Assembly: GCA_043803205.1 (NCBI GenBank)
Contig: JAZDKG010000192.1
Span: forward strand, 3,038-67,037
DNA: 64,000 nt
Source: Planctomycetota bacterium
Lineage (GTDB): Bacteria > Planctomycetota > DG-23 > JAZDKG01
Direction of reading: 5' to 3'
Shown here: positions 38,204-50,480 of the stretch, one piece after another
How the letters are laid out: the number at the start of each line of letters is the position of its first letter
Position numbering within the stretch: the first letter of the stretch is position 1
The notes under the pieces: model-generated
Seen by the model: only the letters and a program-made list of their open reading frames with translations
The model's database searches: none
Told to the model about the DNA's origin: nothing
Translations under genes and position numbers: made by a program

Positions 38204-39442
38204 CTATGTGGGCGGCTGGACGGTCATAATCAGTCTCGCCTCGTCGGGATGGGCGGCGATGAACTTGAGCTCGTAGTCCGTGAGCGGCTTCTGTGTGTGG
38301 ACGTTCGCATAGCGGACGAGCTCCAGAATCCGGGTCGCCTCCTCTTCGTCCTTGAACTCCACCTCCAGCTTCTCGTAGACGTTCCGGAATCCCTTGATGC
38401 CGGAGTACTCCCCCGCCGTGATGCGTCGGCCCGTCTCCACGATCTCGGGCTCCCCCCCGCCCGAGTTCCTCGAACCCGTAGAGCTCGTAGTTGCGCCGGT
38501 CTTTGAGGGCCCCGTCGGCATGGATTCCCGACTCGTGTGCAAACGCGTTCGCCCCCACCCCCGGCTGGTTGATCGGGATCGGGACGTTAAAGGCGTACGA
38601 CGCGTACTTGGCCAGCCGCCACGCGACCGAGAGGTCGATGCGCGGATCAAGCAGGTTGCGTTCTCCCCAGCTCGCGCTTTGCTTAAGTGCCAGCACTACC
38701 GAGACGAGGTCCGCGTTCCCTGCGCGCTCCCCCATCCCGTTGGCGCAGGTGTTGATGTAGGCGTCCTGACCGGCGTCGGTCGTCGCGATCGCCGCCGCAC
38801 ACGAGCACGCGACCGCCATGCCAAGATCGTTGTGGCAATGCACCTCGAAGGGGATCTTCACGTCGCTGGCGAGTTCGAGCAGTCGGTCGTAGATGCTCGA
38901 CGTGTCGTCGTACCCCAGGGTGTCGCAGTACCGCAGCCGAACCGCTCCGGACTCTTTCGCGGCAAGCGAGAACTCCTTCAGGAATTGCATCTGCGTTCGG
39001 GAGGCGTCCTCTGCGTTCACCCCGACGGTCTCGTATCCCGCCTCCTGGAGCCGTTTCATCGCCGCCAGCGTCGTCTTGATAACGTCGCCGTGGGTCATGC
39101 GCCCCTCGAACTTTCCCCGGATCATTTGTTCCGACGTCGAGACCGACACGTTCATGTGCTTGAGCTTCGGGACGCTCGCGAGCGCCTTCTCGATCTCCTT
39201 CATCCGTACCGTGCACCAGCCGGCCAGCCGCATGTTTCGAAACGCCCCCTGCTCCGCAAGGGCCAGGTTGGCGTTGAGATAGTTGATCTCGTGGTTCGTG
39301 AACGGAAACCCGAACTCGGACTGGAACACGCCGAACTCGTCCAAGAGCGTGTTCATGATGGTCTTCTCGAGCTTCGCCAAGCCCAACCTGCTCGTCTGGA
39401 CTCCGTCCCGATTCGTGACGTCGATGATCCGGATCAGCGGCC

Positions 39443-39446
<4 letters not shown>
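38204..39446 (-). CDS. Homocitrate/Re-citrate synthase-like DRE-TIM enzyme, split by a frameshift in the C7 run at 38452-38458
   Basis: DVTNRDGVQT, AEDASR, YCDTLG, HCHNDLGMA, GMGERAGNA, AFAHESGIHADG. Removing one base joins LGRGEPEIVETGR to the stop at 38204. Confidence 0.85.
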
Positions 39447-41080
<1,634 letters not shown>

Positions 41081-41084
41081 TTCT

Positions 41085-42221
41085 CTATCGCCCCCTAAGA
41101 GTTTCCTGGACGGCTCCGACGCCTTGGCCGAGCGCGACGGGCACCCCCGCGTCCACAAGGGCCATCTCGAGGGCCGCGATCGCCACCACGAGGTCGAACG
41201 TGCCGACGTATCCCATGTGCGCGATCCGCACGATCTTCCCCTTGAGTTGATCCTGTCCTCCCGCCACGTCCACCCCGTAGTGGTCCCGCATGCGCTTCAC
41301 GAGCTTGTTTCCGTCGAGGCCCTCCGGCAGGGTAATCGCCGTGACCGAATCCGCCGGGGCCTTGGAGAAAACCTCGAGCCCCAGCCTCTTGGCAGCTGCC
41401 CGGCAGGCCGTCGCTTGGAGGGCGCTCTCCTCCCAGACGCGCTCGATCCCGCGCTCCGCGATCATCGACAGCGCCTTGGCGAGCCCGACCACGAGGGTCA
41501 CCGCAGGCGTGTAGGGGCTGTCGCCTTGGGCGTATCCCGCAAGCGCCTTGGCCAGGTTGAAGTAATACGCGGGCCGCTCGGTCGCGCGGATGCGGTCCTG
41601 CGCCTTGTCGCTCACCGACAGGAACGCCAGTCCCGGCGGCATCATGAGCGCCTTCTGGCTGCCGGTCACCACGATGTCGAGCTTCCATACGTCCGTGAGG
41701 CACTTCATCGCGCCCAGCGCGCTGATCGCGTCGACCACGACGATCGCGTCCGTCTTCGCCACCGCCGCGCCGACGGCCTCGATGTCGGTCGCCGTCGCCG
41801 TCGAGGTCTCGCAGTGCGTCACGAACACGGCCCGGATCCCCGGATCGCGCGCAAGCTCCCGTCCGATCGTCCCGGGCTCCACCGCCCGTCCCCACTCGAC
41901 GTCTATCTCCTTCGTCTCGATCCCGAACGCGCGGCAGATCTGTCCCCAGCGCTCCCCGAACTTTCCCCCCTTGACCACGAGCGCCTTGTCTCCGGGTGCG
42001 AGCGTATTCACGACGCTCGCCTCCATGGCGCCCGTGCCGCTCGCGGCTAGCGTCAGCACCGGGCACTTCGTCTGGAAGACGTACTGGAGTTGCTCGTTCA
42101 CCCGCTGGGCGAGCTCCATGTACCTGGGCGTCCTGTGATGGAAGATCGGCTGCGCCATCTCCAGGAGCACTTCCGGAGGGACCGCCGTCGGTCCCGGCGT
42201 GAGGAGGTATCCCTTCTTCAT
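41085..42221 (-). CDS. Class V PLP aminotransferase (alanine-glyoxylate/serine-pyruvate family), likely phosphoserine aminotransferase partner of serA
   Basis: LLTPGPT, SGTGAMEA, HCETST, VDAIS, TGSQKALM.PPG, AGGQ..LKG..RIAHMG. Confidence 0.9.
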   Translation of the reverse strand: MKKGYLLTPGPTAVPPEVLLEMAQPIFHHRTPRYMELAQRVNEQLQYVFQTKCPVLTLAASGTGAMEASVVNTLAPGDKALVVKGGKFGERWGQICRAFGIETKEIDVEWGRAVEPGTIGRELARDPGIRAVFVTHCETSTATATDIEAVGAAVAKTDAIVVVDAISALGAMKCLTDVWKLDIVVTGSQKALMMPPGLAFLSVSDKAQDRIRATERPAYYFNLAKALAGYAQGDSPYTPAVTLVVGLAKALSMIAERGIERVWEESALQATACRAAAKRLGLEVFSKAPADSVTAITLPEGLDGNKLVKRMRDHYGVDVAGGQDQLKGKIVRIAHMGYVGTFDLVVAIAALEMALVDAGVPVALGQGVGAVQETLRGR

Positions 42222-42369
42222 CGCTTCCCTTGACCTTTCCTTTCGTGGAGCGCATGCTCCGGTGTCGTGCGAAGCGGCATTGTACCCGCATTCCTTGGGG
42301 CGTCGCAAGACGGCGAGCCGGTCTCAGGTGCGCTTGCGGCCGAGTCGCCCGAGGGGCTCGGTGCCTCCC

Positions 42370-43650
42370 TCAGGCGATCTCGCGCTGTTGGGACGAGCGC
42401 GAATCGAAGAGGCTGACTTCCTTGTGTACCACCTTGTCCGTCAGGAGATAGGAACCCCCCTGACCCCGCCCGGGCAGATCATACAGGATATCGAGCATGA
42501 TCTCCTCGATAACCGCCCGCAGTCCGCGCGCGCCTACGTCGCGCGCGAGGGCCAGGCTTGCGATCTCGCGCAGGGCCTCGGGGGTGTACTCGAGGGTGCA
42601 GCCCTCCATCTGGAAGAACTTCTGGTACTGCCGCAGCAGGGCGTTCTTCGGCTCCAACATCACCTTCATGAGGTTCTGCTCGTCCAGGTGATGCAGCGCC
42701 GTCACCACCGGCAGTCTCCCGACGAGCTCCGGGATCATCCCGAACCGGATAAGGTCGTCGGGAGTCACCTGCGCCAGGAGCGAGTCCGACCGGTCCGCCG
42801 AAAGGTCGCTCTCCCCGGGCGTCCCCTTGAACCCGATCACGCCCCGGCCGACGCGCCGCGCGATGATCTTGTCGATCCCGTTGAACGTCCCGCCGCAGAT
42901 GAACAGGATCTCCGTCGTGTTGAGCTGGATGTACTGCTGCTCCGGATGTTTCCGTCCGCCCTGGGGCGGCACGTTGGAGATCGTGCCCTCCAGCATTTTG
43001 AGGAGCGCCTGCTGCACCCCTTCGCCGGACACGTCCCGCGTGATGGAGATGTTCTCCGTGGTCTTGCCGATCTTGTCGATCTCGTCGATGTAGATGATCC
43101 CGCGCTGGGCCTCGGTGACGTTCCAGTCCGCGGCCTGGATGAGCCGCAGGAGCAGGTTTTCCACGTCCTCGCCCACGTATCCCGCCTGTGTGAGCGTGGT
43201 CGCGTCCCCGATCGCAAAGGGGACGTGCAGGATCTTCGCCAGCGTCCGCGCTAGGAGCGTCTTTCCCGCCCCCGTTGGTCCCAGGAGCAGGACATTGCTC
43301 TTCTCGAGCTCCACGTCGTCCGTGGCGACGTTCGCCGTCAGGCGCTTGTAATGGTTGTGCACTGCCACCGCAAGAATGCGCTTCGCCTTCTCCTGCCCGA
43401 TGACATACGCGTCGAGCTGTTTCTTGATCTCGGTGGGGGAGGGGATCCGCGGCAGTCGGAAGCTCTCCTTGCGCTCGCGCGTCGTCTCCTCGACGATGAA
43501 CCGGTGGCAGACCTCGACGCAGTCCTTGCAGATAAACACCCCCGGTGGACCAGCCAGGAGTGGGCCCGCCTCACGCCAAGTCTTCTGGCAGAACGAGCAC
43601 GTCTCGTTCTTGCGCGTTCGCTTCCGGACGTTGTCTTCCTTCTCGGGCAC
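42370..43650 (-). CDS. clpX: ATP-dependent Clp protease ATP-binding subunit ClpX
   Basis: C4 zinc finger, [44 protein letters not shown] loop. Confidence 0.97.
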   Translation of the reverse strand: MPEKEDNVRKRTRKNETCSFCQKTWREAGPLLAGPPGVFICKDCVEVCHRFIVEETTRERKESFRLPRIPSPTEIKKQLDAYVIGQEKAKRILAVAVHNHYKRLTANVATDDVELEKSNVLLLGPTGAGKTLLARTLAKILHVPFAIGDATTLTQAGYVGEDVENLLLRLIQAADWNVTEAQRGIIYIDEIDKIGKTTENISITRDVSGEGVQQALLKMLEGTISNVPPQGGRKHPEQQYIQLNTTEILFICGGTFNGIDKIIARRVGRGVIGFKGTPGESDLSADRSDSLLAQVTPDDLIRFGMIPELVGRLPVVTALHHLDEQNLMKVMLEPKNALLRQYQKFFQMEGCTLEYTPEALREIASLALARDVGARGLRAVIEEIMLDILYDLPGRGQGGSYLLTDKVVHKEVSLFDSRSSQQREIA

Positions 43651-43856
43651 CGCCTGTCCTCACTTCGAGTTCGCCGCCACCGGGATATGACGGACTCTAT
43701 ACGCCCGTCCCGTCCGCGTCAAGGTTGCCATAGGCGACCAAGGTTGAGTGGGTCTTCTGGCCTTCACCCGGCGGGCAGGTGCTGGACAAGGCGGCCGCGA
43801 CGTTTTACCCTCCGTCTCGCTTCGGAGGCCTTTCCGTGCGAGTTGGAGGAGGCGTC

Positions 43857-46130
43857 ATGGACCTTGGTGGCCGGTCGGCAGGCGCGCGCTTGCGTGGGGA
43901 AGCTGCGCATGTTTTCGCTGGGATGGTGTTTCTCATCGCCTTGTGGACGGGCTCGTCCTCCTTCGCCGAGAAGGCTCCGATCGAGGGCTGGCGCACGGAC
44001 TTCGACGACGGGACCCTCGGCGACGCCGTCGGCCCCACCTACGTCATCCGTTCCACGGGCGCCAATGACAACTCGCGCATATCCTGGCGGATCTCCGAAG
44101 GCGTCCTTACGCTCGGGGCGCGATTTGACAAGGAATCGGCTCAGGGCGCGGGCGACTACGTCGCATTGGAATGGCGCAATCCCGGCCGCGTGTCCCTCGT
44201 GAGCTTTCCGGTCCTCGAGATCCGCTACCGCGTCGCCCGCGGGCATCTCGTAGTCCTCCCGGTCTACGAGTTCGCGGACGGCTCCACCCGCCAGCCCTAT
44301 TTCTATCTCCCCGAGTCCGTCGGCGGAGATCTCGCCGTGAGCGCCTACCGTCTCGCCGCCGACAGCTCCCTCCCTACGAAATGGACGCCGAGGAGACTGG
44401 CGGCGCTCACCATCTGGCTCGTGTCCGACCAGCCCTGCGAGGCACAGATCGACTGGGTACGCCTGCGCGGCCTCAATGCGCAGGAAGCCACACGCGAGGA
44501 TGACTGGATTGCCCTCATGGAGGACTATACGCCCGCCGAGCCGGAGGTCTTGAAAGACTTCTTCCCGTTCGGTGTTTGGTCGGACTCTGCGAGCGGCTCG
44601 TCGATGCACAAGATGGGACCGTGGCTTGGGATGGCCATGCTCGCCCGCGCCGGCCTCAACTTTGTGACCGCCGCCAAGGCGGATGAGGCTCACGTGGCGG
44701 CGGCCGAAGCCTTTGGCATGAAGCTCATGTTTCACACTCTCGGCGGATACGCGCAGTTCGACGAGAGTCGAGAGGCGGCGCGCGACTGGGCACGACAGTA
44801 CGTGAATCTTGCCGGGAGGAGTCCGGCGGTCCTGGGCTACCAGATCGCCGATGAGCCGGGAATGAGCCTGATCTGGACCCTCGCGGGCCTCAAGCGCACG
44901 CTGGAGGAGCTGGAGGGCGATCGCGTCCCGGTCGTGAACTTTTGGGACGCCTTCGCCGTCAAGGTGTTCAGCCCCTACCTGACCTTGCTTCTCACGGATC
45001 ATTATCCACTCGCCGGCGCGGAAGGCGAGGGTCCCGTCGGCCTCTACCAGTGGTGCCGGCAGATCGCCATCGACAACGACAACAAGCGGCAGTGGGTTGT
45101 CCTGCAGTCTTTCGGCTCGGCTCCCTGGCGCAGCCGTCCGGGGTATCGCGTCCCGTCTCCGGAGGAGCTGCGCCTCATGACCTTCGCGGCTCTAGCCGGC
45201 GGAGCGCGCGGGCTCATCTTCTACTGCTATAACTACGACCGTTACCGGATGCTCGCCGACCAGTGGGGGAACCCTAACGAGCTCCATGCGGAGGTCCGCC
45301 GCCTGATCTCCCGCCTCGTCGGGGTCAGCCAGTGTCTTCTCGACTCGACCGTCGAGCTCCACGCCGAGGTCCCCTCCGACAACGAGCGCGTGATCGCCGG
45401 CGTGCTCGTCGATCCGGCGCGCTCGGCCCGATACATCGTGGCGGTCAACACGAGCGTGACGGCGCCCGAGGGGGCGCGCCTGTCTCTCCCGAGGGGTTGG
45501 CCCGCGCTGGGGCGGGGCGTCTACGACCTCTTCGCCCTTTCGCAGGTCCCAGTGGAAGAGGGATTTTTCGAGGTCGGTCCCCTCGATCCTGGTGACGGAC
45601 GGGTCTATCTCGTGGGGAAGCCCGATCTCTTTGAAAGGGACTGCGCGGCGATCAGGAAGAAGAACGTTGAGGAGGCGCTCCGATCGCAGGCCGTGGATCT
45701 CCACCTTGCCCGCCGCCACGGTGCAGATCTCGTGGAAGTCGACCGCCTGCGGGCGGAGGCCCTCGAACTCGCCCGCGCCGGCGGTTTTCCCGCCTCCCTC
45801 GAAGTTGCTGAGAGCGCGGGAAAGACCCTCACCGAGACCCTCGCGGCGATTCCCTCCCTTTTCCCGGTCGAGAAGGCTCTTGCAGAGGTCGCAGAACTCA
45901 TGGGGACAGTTGAACCCGCGATGTACGAGGACAATCCCAAGATCGGGGACAAGACCGCCGACCTGATCGAGCCCTACTGGGCGATCCATGCCCGCTGGGC
46001 GGCGGCCTGGGAGAAGCTCTTCAGCGGCCCCACCGATTCCCTTTCAGCGGAGGCGGAGAAGCTGCGCTCCGACGCGAAGGACATTGTTGCCCGGGTTCGT
46101 GAGCGGCTCGCCGGCGCCCCGCTCTTCTGA
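43857..46130 (+). CDS. Secreted hypothetical protein with a glycoside-hydrolase-like TIM barrel
   Basis: Signal/TM segment, CBM-like IDWVRL, FFPFGVW, LGYQIADEP, DHYP, WVVLQSF, GARGLIFYCY. Confidence 0.6.
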   Translation: MDLGGRSAGARLRGEAAHVFAGMVFLIALWTGSSSFAEKAPIEGWRTDFDDGTLGDAVGPTYVIRSTGANDNSRISWRISEGVLTLGARFDKESAQGAGDYVALEWRNPGRVSLVSFPVLEIRYRVARGHLVVLPVYEFADGSTRQPYFYLPESVGGDLAVSAYRLAADSSLPTKWTPRRLAALTIWLVSDQPCEAQIDWVRLRGLNAQEATREDDWIALMEDYTPAEPEVLKDFFPFGVWSDSASGSSMHKMGPWLGMAMLARAGLNFVTAAKADEAHVAAAEAFGMKLMFHTLGGYAQFDESREAARDWARQYVNLAGRSPAVLGYQIADEPGMSLIWTLAGLKRTLEELEGDRVPVVNFWDAFAVKVFSPYLTLLLTDHYPLAGAEGEGPVGLYQWCRQIAIDNDNKRQWVVLQSFGSAPWRSRPGYRVPSPEELRLMTFAALAGGARGLIFYCYNYDRYRMLADQWGNPNELHAEVRRLISRLVGVSQCLLDSTVELHAEVPSDNERVIAGVLVDPARSARYIVAVNTSVTAPEGARLSLPRGWPALGRGVYDLFALSQVPVEEGFFEVGPLDPGDGRVYLVGKPDLFERDCAAIRKKNVEEALRSQAVDLHLARRHGADLVEVDRLRAEALELARAGGFPASLEVAESAGKTLTETLAAIPSLFPVEKALAEVAELMGTVEPAMYEDNPKIGDKTADLIEPYWAIHARWAAAWEKLFSGPTDSLSAEAEKLRSDAKDIVARVRERLAGAPLF

Positions 46131-46246
46131 GGCATTTCGCCGGTCGCTGCAAAAAGAATCTTAAACATGCATTTGATTCGCCGGGGGAGCGTGCTAAATT
46201 GGGGTTGTCCGCAGGCGCACGAGTGTCTCAGAGAGGGGACGCTGGA

Positions 46247-47170
46247 ATGACAAGGAAATGGCTTTTTTTCGGCGCGCTTGTGTTCGTTTTCTGCGTGTGC
46301 GGCCTCGTGCAGGCTTCCGTCCTGGTGAGCTATAGCTCGGGCGCCAATTCCGCCGATGTCCCCGACTATGGCTGGTGGTATGGGTGCTCCGCCACCTCCG
46401 CCGGGATGGCGATAGGGTACTACGACATCAATGGATACGAGGGCTTGCGTTATGACAACCTCGTGCCCGGCGGCTTGGCGGAGTACAGCACGTTCGGCGG
46501 CGGCTCCTACATCGCCAACAGCGCGATCGCAAGCTCCGGTCACATCGCGGACTTCTACGGCGGCGGGTACATGGCCACTGGGGACGACGTCGCTTCTCCC
46601 TGGCACAACTTCGACTGCCTAGCCGACTTCATGGGCACAAGCCAGGACGCCTATGGCAATCCCAATGGCGGGACGACGTTCTGGTTCTGGAACAATGGCG
46701 CACCCATGCACTGGTCCGACCTTCAAACCCTCGGCCCGGCCCACTACAACAGCGACGGCATGTACGGCATCCGCGAGTATATCCAATACGCAGGCTACGA
46801 CATCGTCGATGCCTACAGCCAGTGCGTGGATACGGTGGGGCTGACCTACGGCTTCACGTGGGACCAGTACGTTGCGGAGATAGACGCCGGCCGCGTGGTT
46901 CTCATCCAGGTCCAAGGCCATACCATGCTCGGATATGATTACACCCTCGAAGGCGAGCTTATCCATCTCTACGACACTTGGAGCGAGTCCGACGACCACG
47001 TCATGACGTGGGGCGGATCCTACGCCGGCATGCAGCAATACGGCGTGACGGTGTTCGAGCTCATGGGGGGCGAAGGCGCCGCCGTCCCCGCGCCCGCCGC
47101 CCTGTGGCTTGCCGTCATCGGCTTGTCTTCCTGGGCGCTCGTCTCGCGCACGAGAAGCCGCGGCAACTGA
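46247..47170 (+). CDS. Secreted papain-fold (C39/C10-like) peptidase with PEP-CTERM-like sorting tail
   Basis: Signal peptide, WYGCSATSAGM (Cys), GHTM (His), YDTW. Tail VPAPAALWL-TM-RTRSR. Confidence 0.7.
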   Translation: MTRKWLFFGALVFVFCVCGLVQASVLVSYSSGANSADVPDYGWWYGCSATSAGMAIGYYDINGYEGLRYDNLVPGGLAEYSTFGGGSYIANSAIASSGHIADFYGGGYMATGDDVASPWHNFDCLADFMGTSQDAYGNPNGGTTFWFWNNGAPMHWSDLQTLGPAHYNSDGMYGIREYIQYAGYDIVDAYSQCVDTVGLTYGFTWDQYVAEIDAGRVVLIQVQGHTMLGYDYTLEGELIHLYDTWSESDDHVMTWGGSYAGMQQYGVTVFELMGGEGAAVPAPAALWLAVIGLSSWALVSRTRSRGN

Positions 47171-47199
47171 TCGATCTCTGTGCTGTGGAAACACAAGAA

Positions 47200-47227
47200 G
47201 GCCTCCCGCTCTAGGGAGGCCCCTTTG
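47200..47227 (+). terminator. Intrinsic terminator-like hairpin
   Basis: GGCCTCCC-gctcta-GGGAGGCC followed by a short T run, between convergent genes. Confidence 0.6.
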
Positions 47228-47290
47228 TGTACGGGTGAGCCCGGGAGGGCTCGCCCTAACGGGATGCGCTTCCTTCGCGCCCAATTTCGT

Positions 47291-49000
47291 CTACGGATTC
47301 TCGTAGAACCACTCGTAGGGAAGGGAGCGGACCTTGAGGTACTGCCCGGGGAAGATCCCCACGGCGCTCCCGTAATCGTAGACGATCACCGCCGCGTTCT
47401 TCGTGAACGCCGCCGCCGGATACGCGCACCGCAGAGGCGCCGGTGCGTGGGGATACTTCGCCGCATCCGTGGGCTGCTTGTAGGGGGGTTCATGCTCGAA
47501 ATCGAAGATGTTCCAGTTCACGTCCTCGTCGATCTTCGTCACGTCATCAAGCGACTCGAGGTTCCGATGGTGGAACCAGGTCTCCCCATCGTCGGATGAG
47601 ACGGCACAGGTTAGCCGGTGCCGCCGGAAGGTCTGCTTGACCTCCTCGATGCTCGACTGGTTCCACACGGCCAAGAGGTCACCGTTCGGCATTCGCCCGA
47701 GAGCGCAGGGCGCATAGCTCGACACCAGAGGCGTAGGCTCCGGCTTTGTCCACGTCTCCCCGCCGTCGCTCGAATAGCACTTGAAGATCCGCGCCATCGG
47801 AGTGCGTGCAAAAAGCATCAGCTTCCCGTCGGGGAGCTCCACCCCCACCGCCTCCTCGAATGCGGCCTTGACCTCCCCCTTTTCGCTCAGGATCGTCTGG
47901 CTGCGCCGCCAGGTCTTGCCCTCGTCGTCGCTGAGCCAGCATATCGTCGCCGCGAAACCCGGCTTCGACCACAGCGGGCGCAGCTCCGGCGGGATGTTCC
48001 ACACCGGAACGATGATGCGACCGGCGCTCGTCACGAACGGCGCGCCGTTCAAGGGCTTGCCGCCGGGTCCGCTGGGGTTCACGGCCACCGGCTCGCTCCA
48101 GCTCGCCCCCTCGTCCTCGCTCACGGAAAACTTCAGCATGTATTTGTCGTGCAGGACGAGCCCGAGTTTCCCCGACTTGAGCCTCACCGGGTGACAGTCC
48201 CCCGTCTTGAGGGCTTGCCCGGACGCCAGGAGGCACGGCGTTCGCGACCCCCATGACTTCCCATCGTCTTTCGACGCGCGGAAGATGACGTTTCCGCCCT
48301 TCGTATAGAACAACGCGACCTTGCCGTCCGCTAGGATAATCGGCACCGCTTCTGTTACGGAGTCCACCACGCCTTCACGGTAACGCTCAGGAACGGCCGA
48401 AAGGGAGCTCGCGTTGACCGTGCCAGCGTCTACAACGGTGAAGGAGACGTCGTCGACGTAAACCTTCCTATGAGGGGCGTATACCTGGATGATCGCTCGC
48501 GAGAGAAGCTCGTCGTCTTGCTGGACCCCCACCGCTTCCTCCAGGGACAGCGCCGCTTGGCAGTGCTTCCATTCCTTCCCGATGTCCGTGAAACCCAAAC
48601 GCACCTGAGCGAGATCATACGCCTTTCTCTTCGGGGCGGCCACGAAGATGACCAGATCCACTTTTCCCTCGGGATCCTCCGACCGAAGCCACGCGGAGAG
48701 CAACAAGCCCTTTGAGAGGTCCGTCGGGACGTTGAGGTGCTGATCGATAAGGCTCCATTGCATGTTCTCCGGGACCTCCACGACGGCGCACTTGTCCCCC
48801 GCGTGTCCGCCCGGCGCAGCGGCGAAAGGCGCCGGGAGGTTAGACTCCTTCCCGGCGTAAGCGGCCTGGCCCCATCGGGGTGGCCGCGCACCGATCTCCC
48901 CTTCCTCGAATGATGGGTTGGCAAGAAGGTTCTCCGCTCCCCAGGCCGCCCCGAAACCCAACAGCATGACCGATGCCAGGAAGACGGTTGCGTGTCTCAT
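47291..49000 (-). CDS. Secreted sialidase-like BNR/Asp-box beta-propeller with N-terminal CBM
   Basis: Signal peptide, NLLANPSFE...YVDDVSF CBM, five Asp boxes (SKDDGKSW, SEDEGASW, SDDEGKTW, SSDGGETW, SSDDGETW), C-terminal AYP. Confidence 0.8.
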   Translation of the reverse strand: MRHATVFLASVMLLGFGAAWGAENLLANPSFEEGEIGARPPRWGQAAYAGKESNLPAPFAAAPGGHAGDKCAVVEVPENMQWSLIDQHLNVPTDLSKGLLLSAWLRSEDPEGKVDLVIFVAAPKRKAYDLAQVRLGFTDIGKEWKHCQAALSLEEAVGVQQDDELLSRAIIQVYAPHRKVYVDDVSFTVVDAGTVNASSLSAVPERYREGVVDSVTEAVPIILADGKVALFYTKGGNVIFRASKDDGKSWGSRTPCLLASGQALKTGDCHPVRLKSGKLGLVLHDKYMLKFSVSEDEGASWSEPVAVNPSGPGGKPLNGAPFVTSAGRIIVPVWNIPPELRPLWSKPGFAATICWLSDDEGKTWRRSQTILSEKGEVKAAFEEAVGVELPDGKLMLFARTPMARIFKCYSSDGGETWTKPEPTPLVSSYAPCALGRMPNGDLLAVWNQSSIEEVKQTFRRHRLTCAVSSDDGETWFHHRNLESLDDVTKIDEDVNWNIFDFEHEPPYKQPTDAAKYPHAPAPLRCAYPAAAFTKNAAVIVYDYGSAVGIFPGQYLKVRSLPYEWFYENP

Positions 49001-49075
49001 CCGTCGTTTCTCCTCTCAAGAAAACGTTGACGAACCCCGCTCTCGATTGAGTGGCCCGCCCCGCTCATCCTAAGG

Positions 49076-50272
49076 TCAGTCCTGCGCGTAGAGCGGATCG
49101 AAGTAGAGCTCCCACCACAAGGCCTTTTCCGCCGCTGTGGGGGGCCTCCCGATGTTGGCCATCTTGATCTTCGCTTCCGCCTTGAGAAGCGCGGCTGACG
49201 AATCACTGAAAGTCTTCACCGACCCGTCCGTGAAGAGGGCGTTGAAAGCGCGATCGTGGTTCGCGGTGTAATACTTCTCCGTCAGGTGGTCCGCGATGTG
49301 GTGGTCATAGTACACGAAGGTGGAGGGGCGAGTGGCGCCGGTTCCGTCGGTCCCGCCGTCTCCGTACCGGTGGTAAAACCCCCACATGGCGTCGGAAGCC
49401 ACGGCGCGGCCTTGGATCGTGTCGAGGGGATAGGACTGCCAGCTCGACCCGGTTCCCGTCTGCGGACGCGTCATATAGGCGCCGATGACCCAGCAAGCGT
49501 TGCCGCTCTTTGACTCGGCGCAGTTGCCGCTGTTATAGGTCGATCCCCCAGAGCTGTTCTCCCAGGAGTTCCAGTCGATCACATCGGTCCCCGAGTCATT
49601 CACCGTCGCGCTCATGTACGCGCTGCCGGTGGCGCGCCAGTAGACCTTCCCTCCGGTGGTGAAGAAGACAGCGTCTGGAAGATACCTCGCCTGATCGTTC
49701 CAGACTGTCTGGCTGTCCGCATATCCGGAGCGCTGCGGAGGATAGTGGGGCTCGACATCCACGAGCTTCCTGCTCGGACAGTCGAGCACGGCAGCCCCTT
49801 TCTGGGTCAGATAACCGCCCGAGAATAGCAGTCCCAGTCCGCTCGGGATTCCCGCCCCCGGATTCTTCGAGGAGGTGTTTGGAAACACGAGGGTAGCCCC
49901 CGCGTCGGTAAAGAGTTCCGGGTCGTCGTGCCAATCCCCCGTGAAAGGCCAGCCATCATCCCCAAAGCGGGGGGTCAGGTACCATTGGGTGGATTCGCTG
50001 TTCATTCCTCTGCGGTTGTCGAGCGTCGTCACGTGCCGAATCAAGTTTGTCGCGTCCCAGGACAATCCGTATACCGCCGGCGTATAGCCCTTGTTGTCCG
50101 TCGTGTACATCTGCAAGGCGAGGCCGATCTGCCGCAAGTTGCTTCTGCACTGGGTTTTGCGCGCTTCCTCCCGCGCTCGCCCGAGCGCCGGAAGGAGCAG
50201 TCCCACCAGGAGGGCGATGATCACCATCACCACGAGAAGCTCGATCAGGGTGAACCCTTTCTTGGGGCCCAT
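49076..50272 (-). CDS. DUF1559-type prepilin-like N-methylation domain protein
   Basis: [33 protein letters not shown]...[12 protein letters not shown]-terminal NH...NALFTDGSV motif. Confidence 0.88.
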   Translation of the reverse strand: MGPKKGFTLIELLVVMVIIALLVGLLLPALGRAREEARKTQCRSNLRQIGLALQMYTTDNKGYTPAVYGLSWDATNLIRHVTTLDNRRGMNSESTQWYLTPRFGDDGWPFTGDWHDDPELFTDAGATLVFPNTSSKNPGAGIPSGLGLLFSGGYLTQKGAAVLDCPSRKLVDVEPHYPPQRSGYADSQTVWNDQARYLPDAVFFTTGGKVYWRATGSAYMSATVNDSGTDVIDWNSWENSSGGSTYNSGNCAESKSGNACWVIGAYMTRPQTGTGSSWQSYPLDTIQGRAVASDAMWGFYHRYGDGGTDGTGATRPSTFVYYDHHIADHLTEKYYTANHDRAFNALFTDGSVKTFSDSSAALLKAEAKIKMANIGRPPTAAEKALWWELYFDPLYAQD

Positions 50273-50323
50273 TGCGATCCTCCTTGCATCTTATGGAAAA
50301 GAGTCCCACCGCCTTTATGCCAA

Positions 50324-50352
50324 AGTCTATCCTCGCAAATATGGCTTGTCAA
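50324..50352 (-). promoter_or_regulatory. Sigma70-like promoter for the DUF1559/sialidase-like genes
   Basis: Minus strand TTGACA-N17-TAGACT. Confidence 0.55.
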
Positions 50353-50480
50353 GCGCGGTGGGAAGACGCGCCAGGAACCTCTTCCTCATATGTTCTTGAC
50401 CCGTCTGCCCGCTTCGCTTCAATACCATCTTCGCACTCGAGGAGGACCTCGGGAGATCGTCTCTTGAAAGGACTGCTTCC

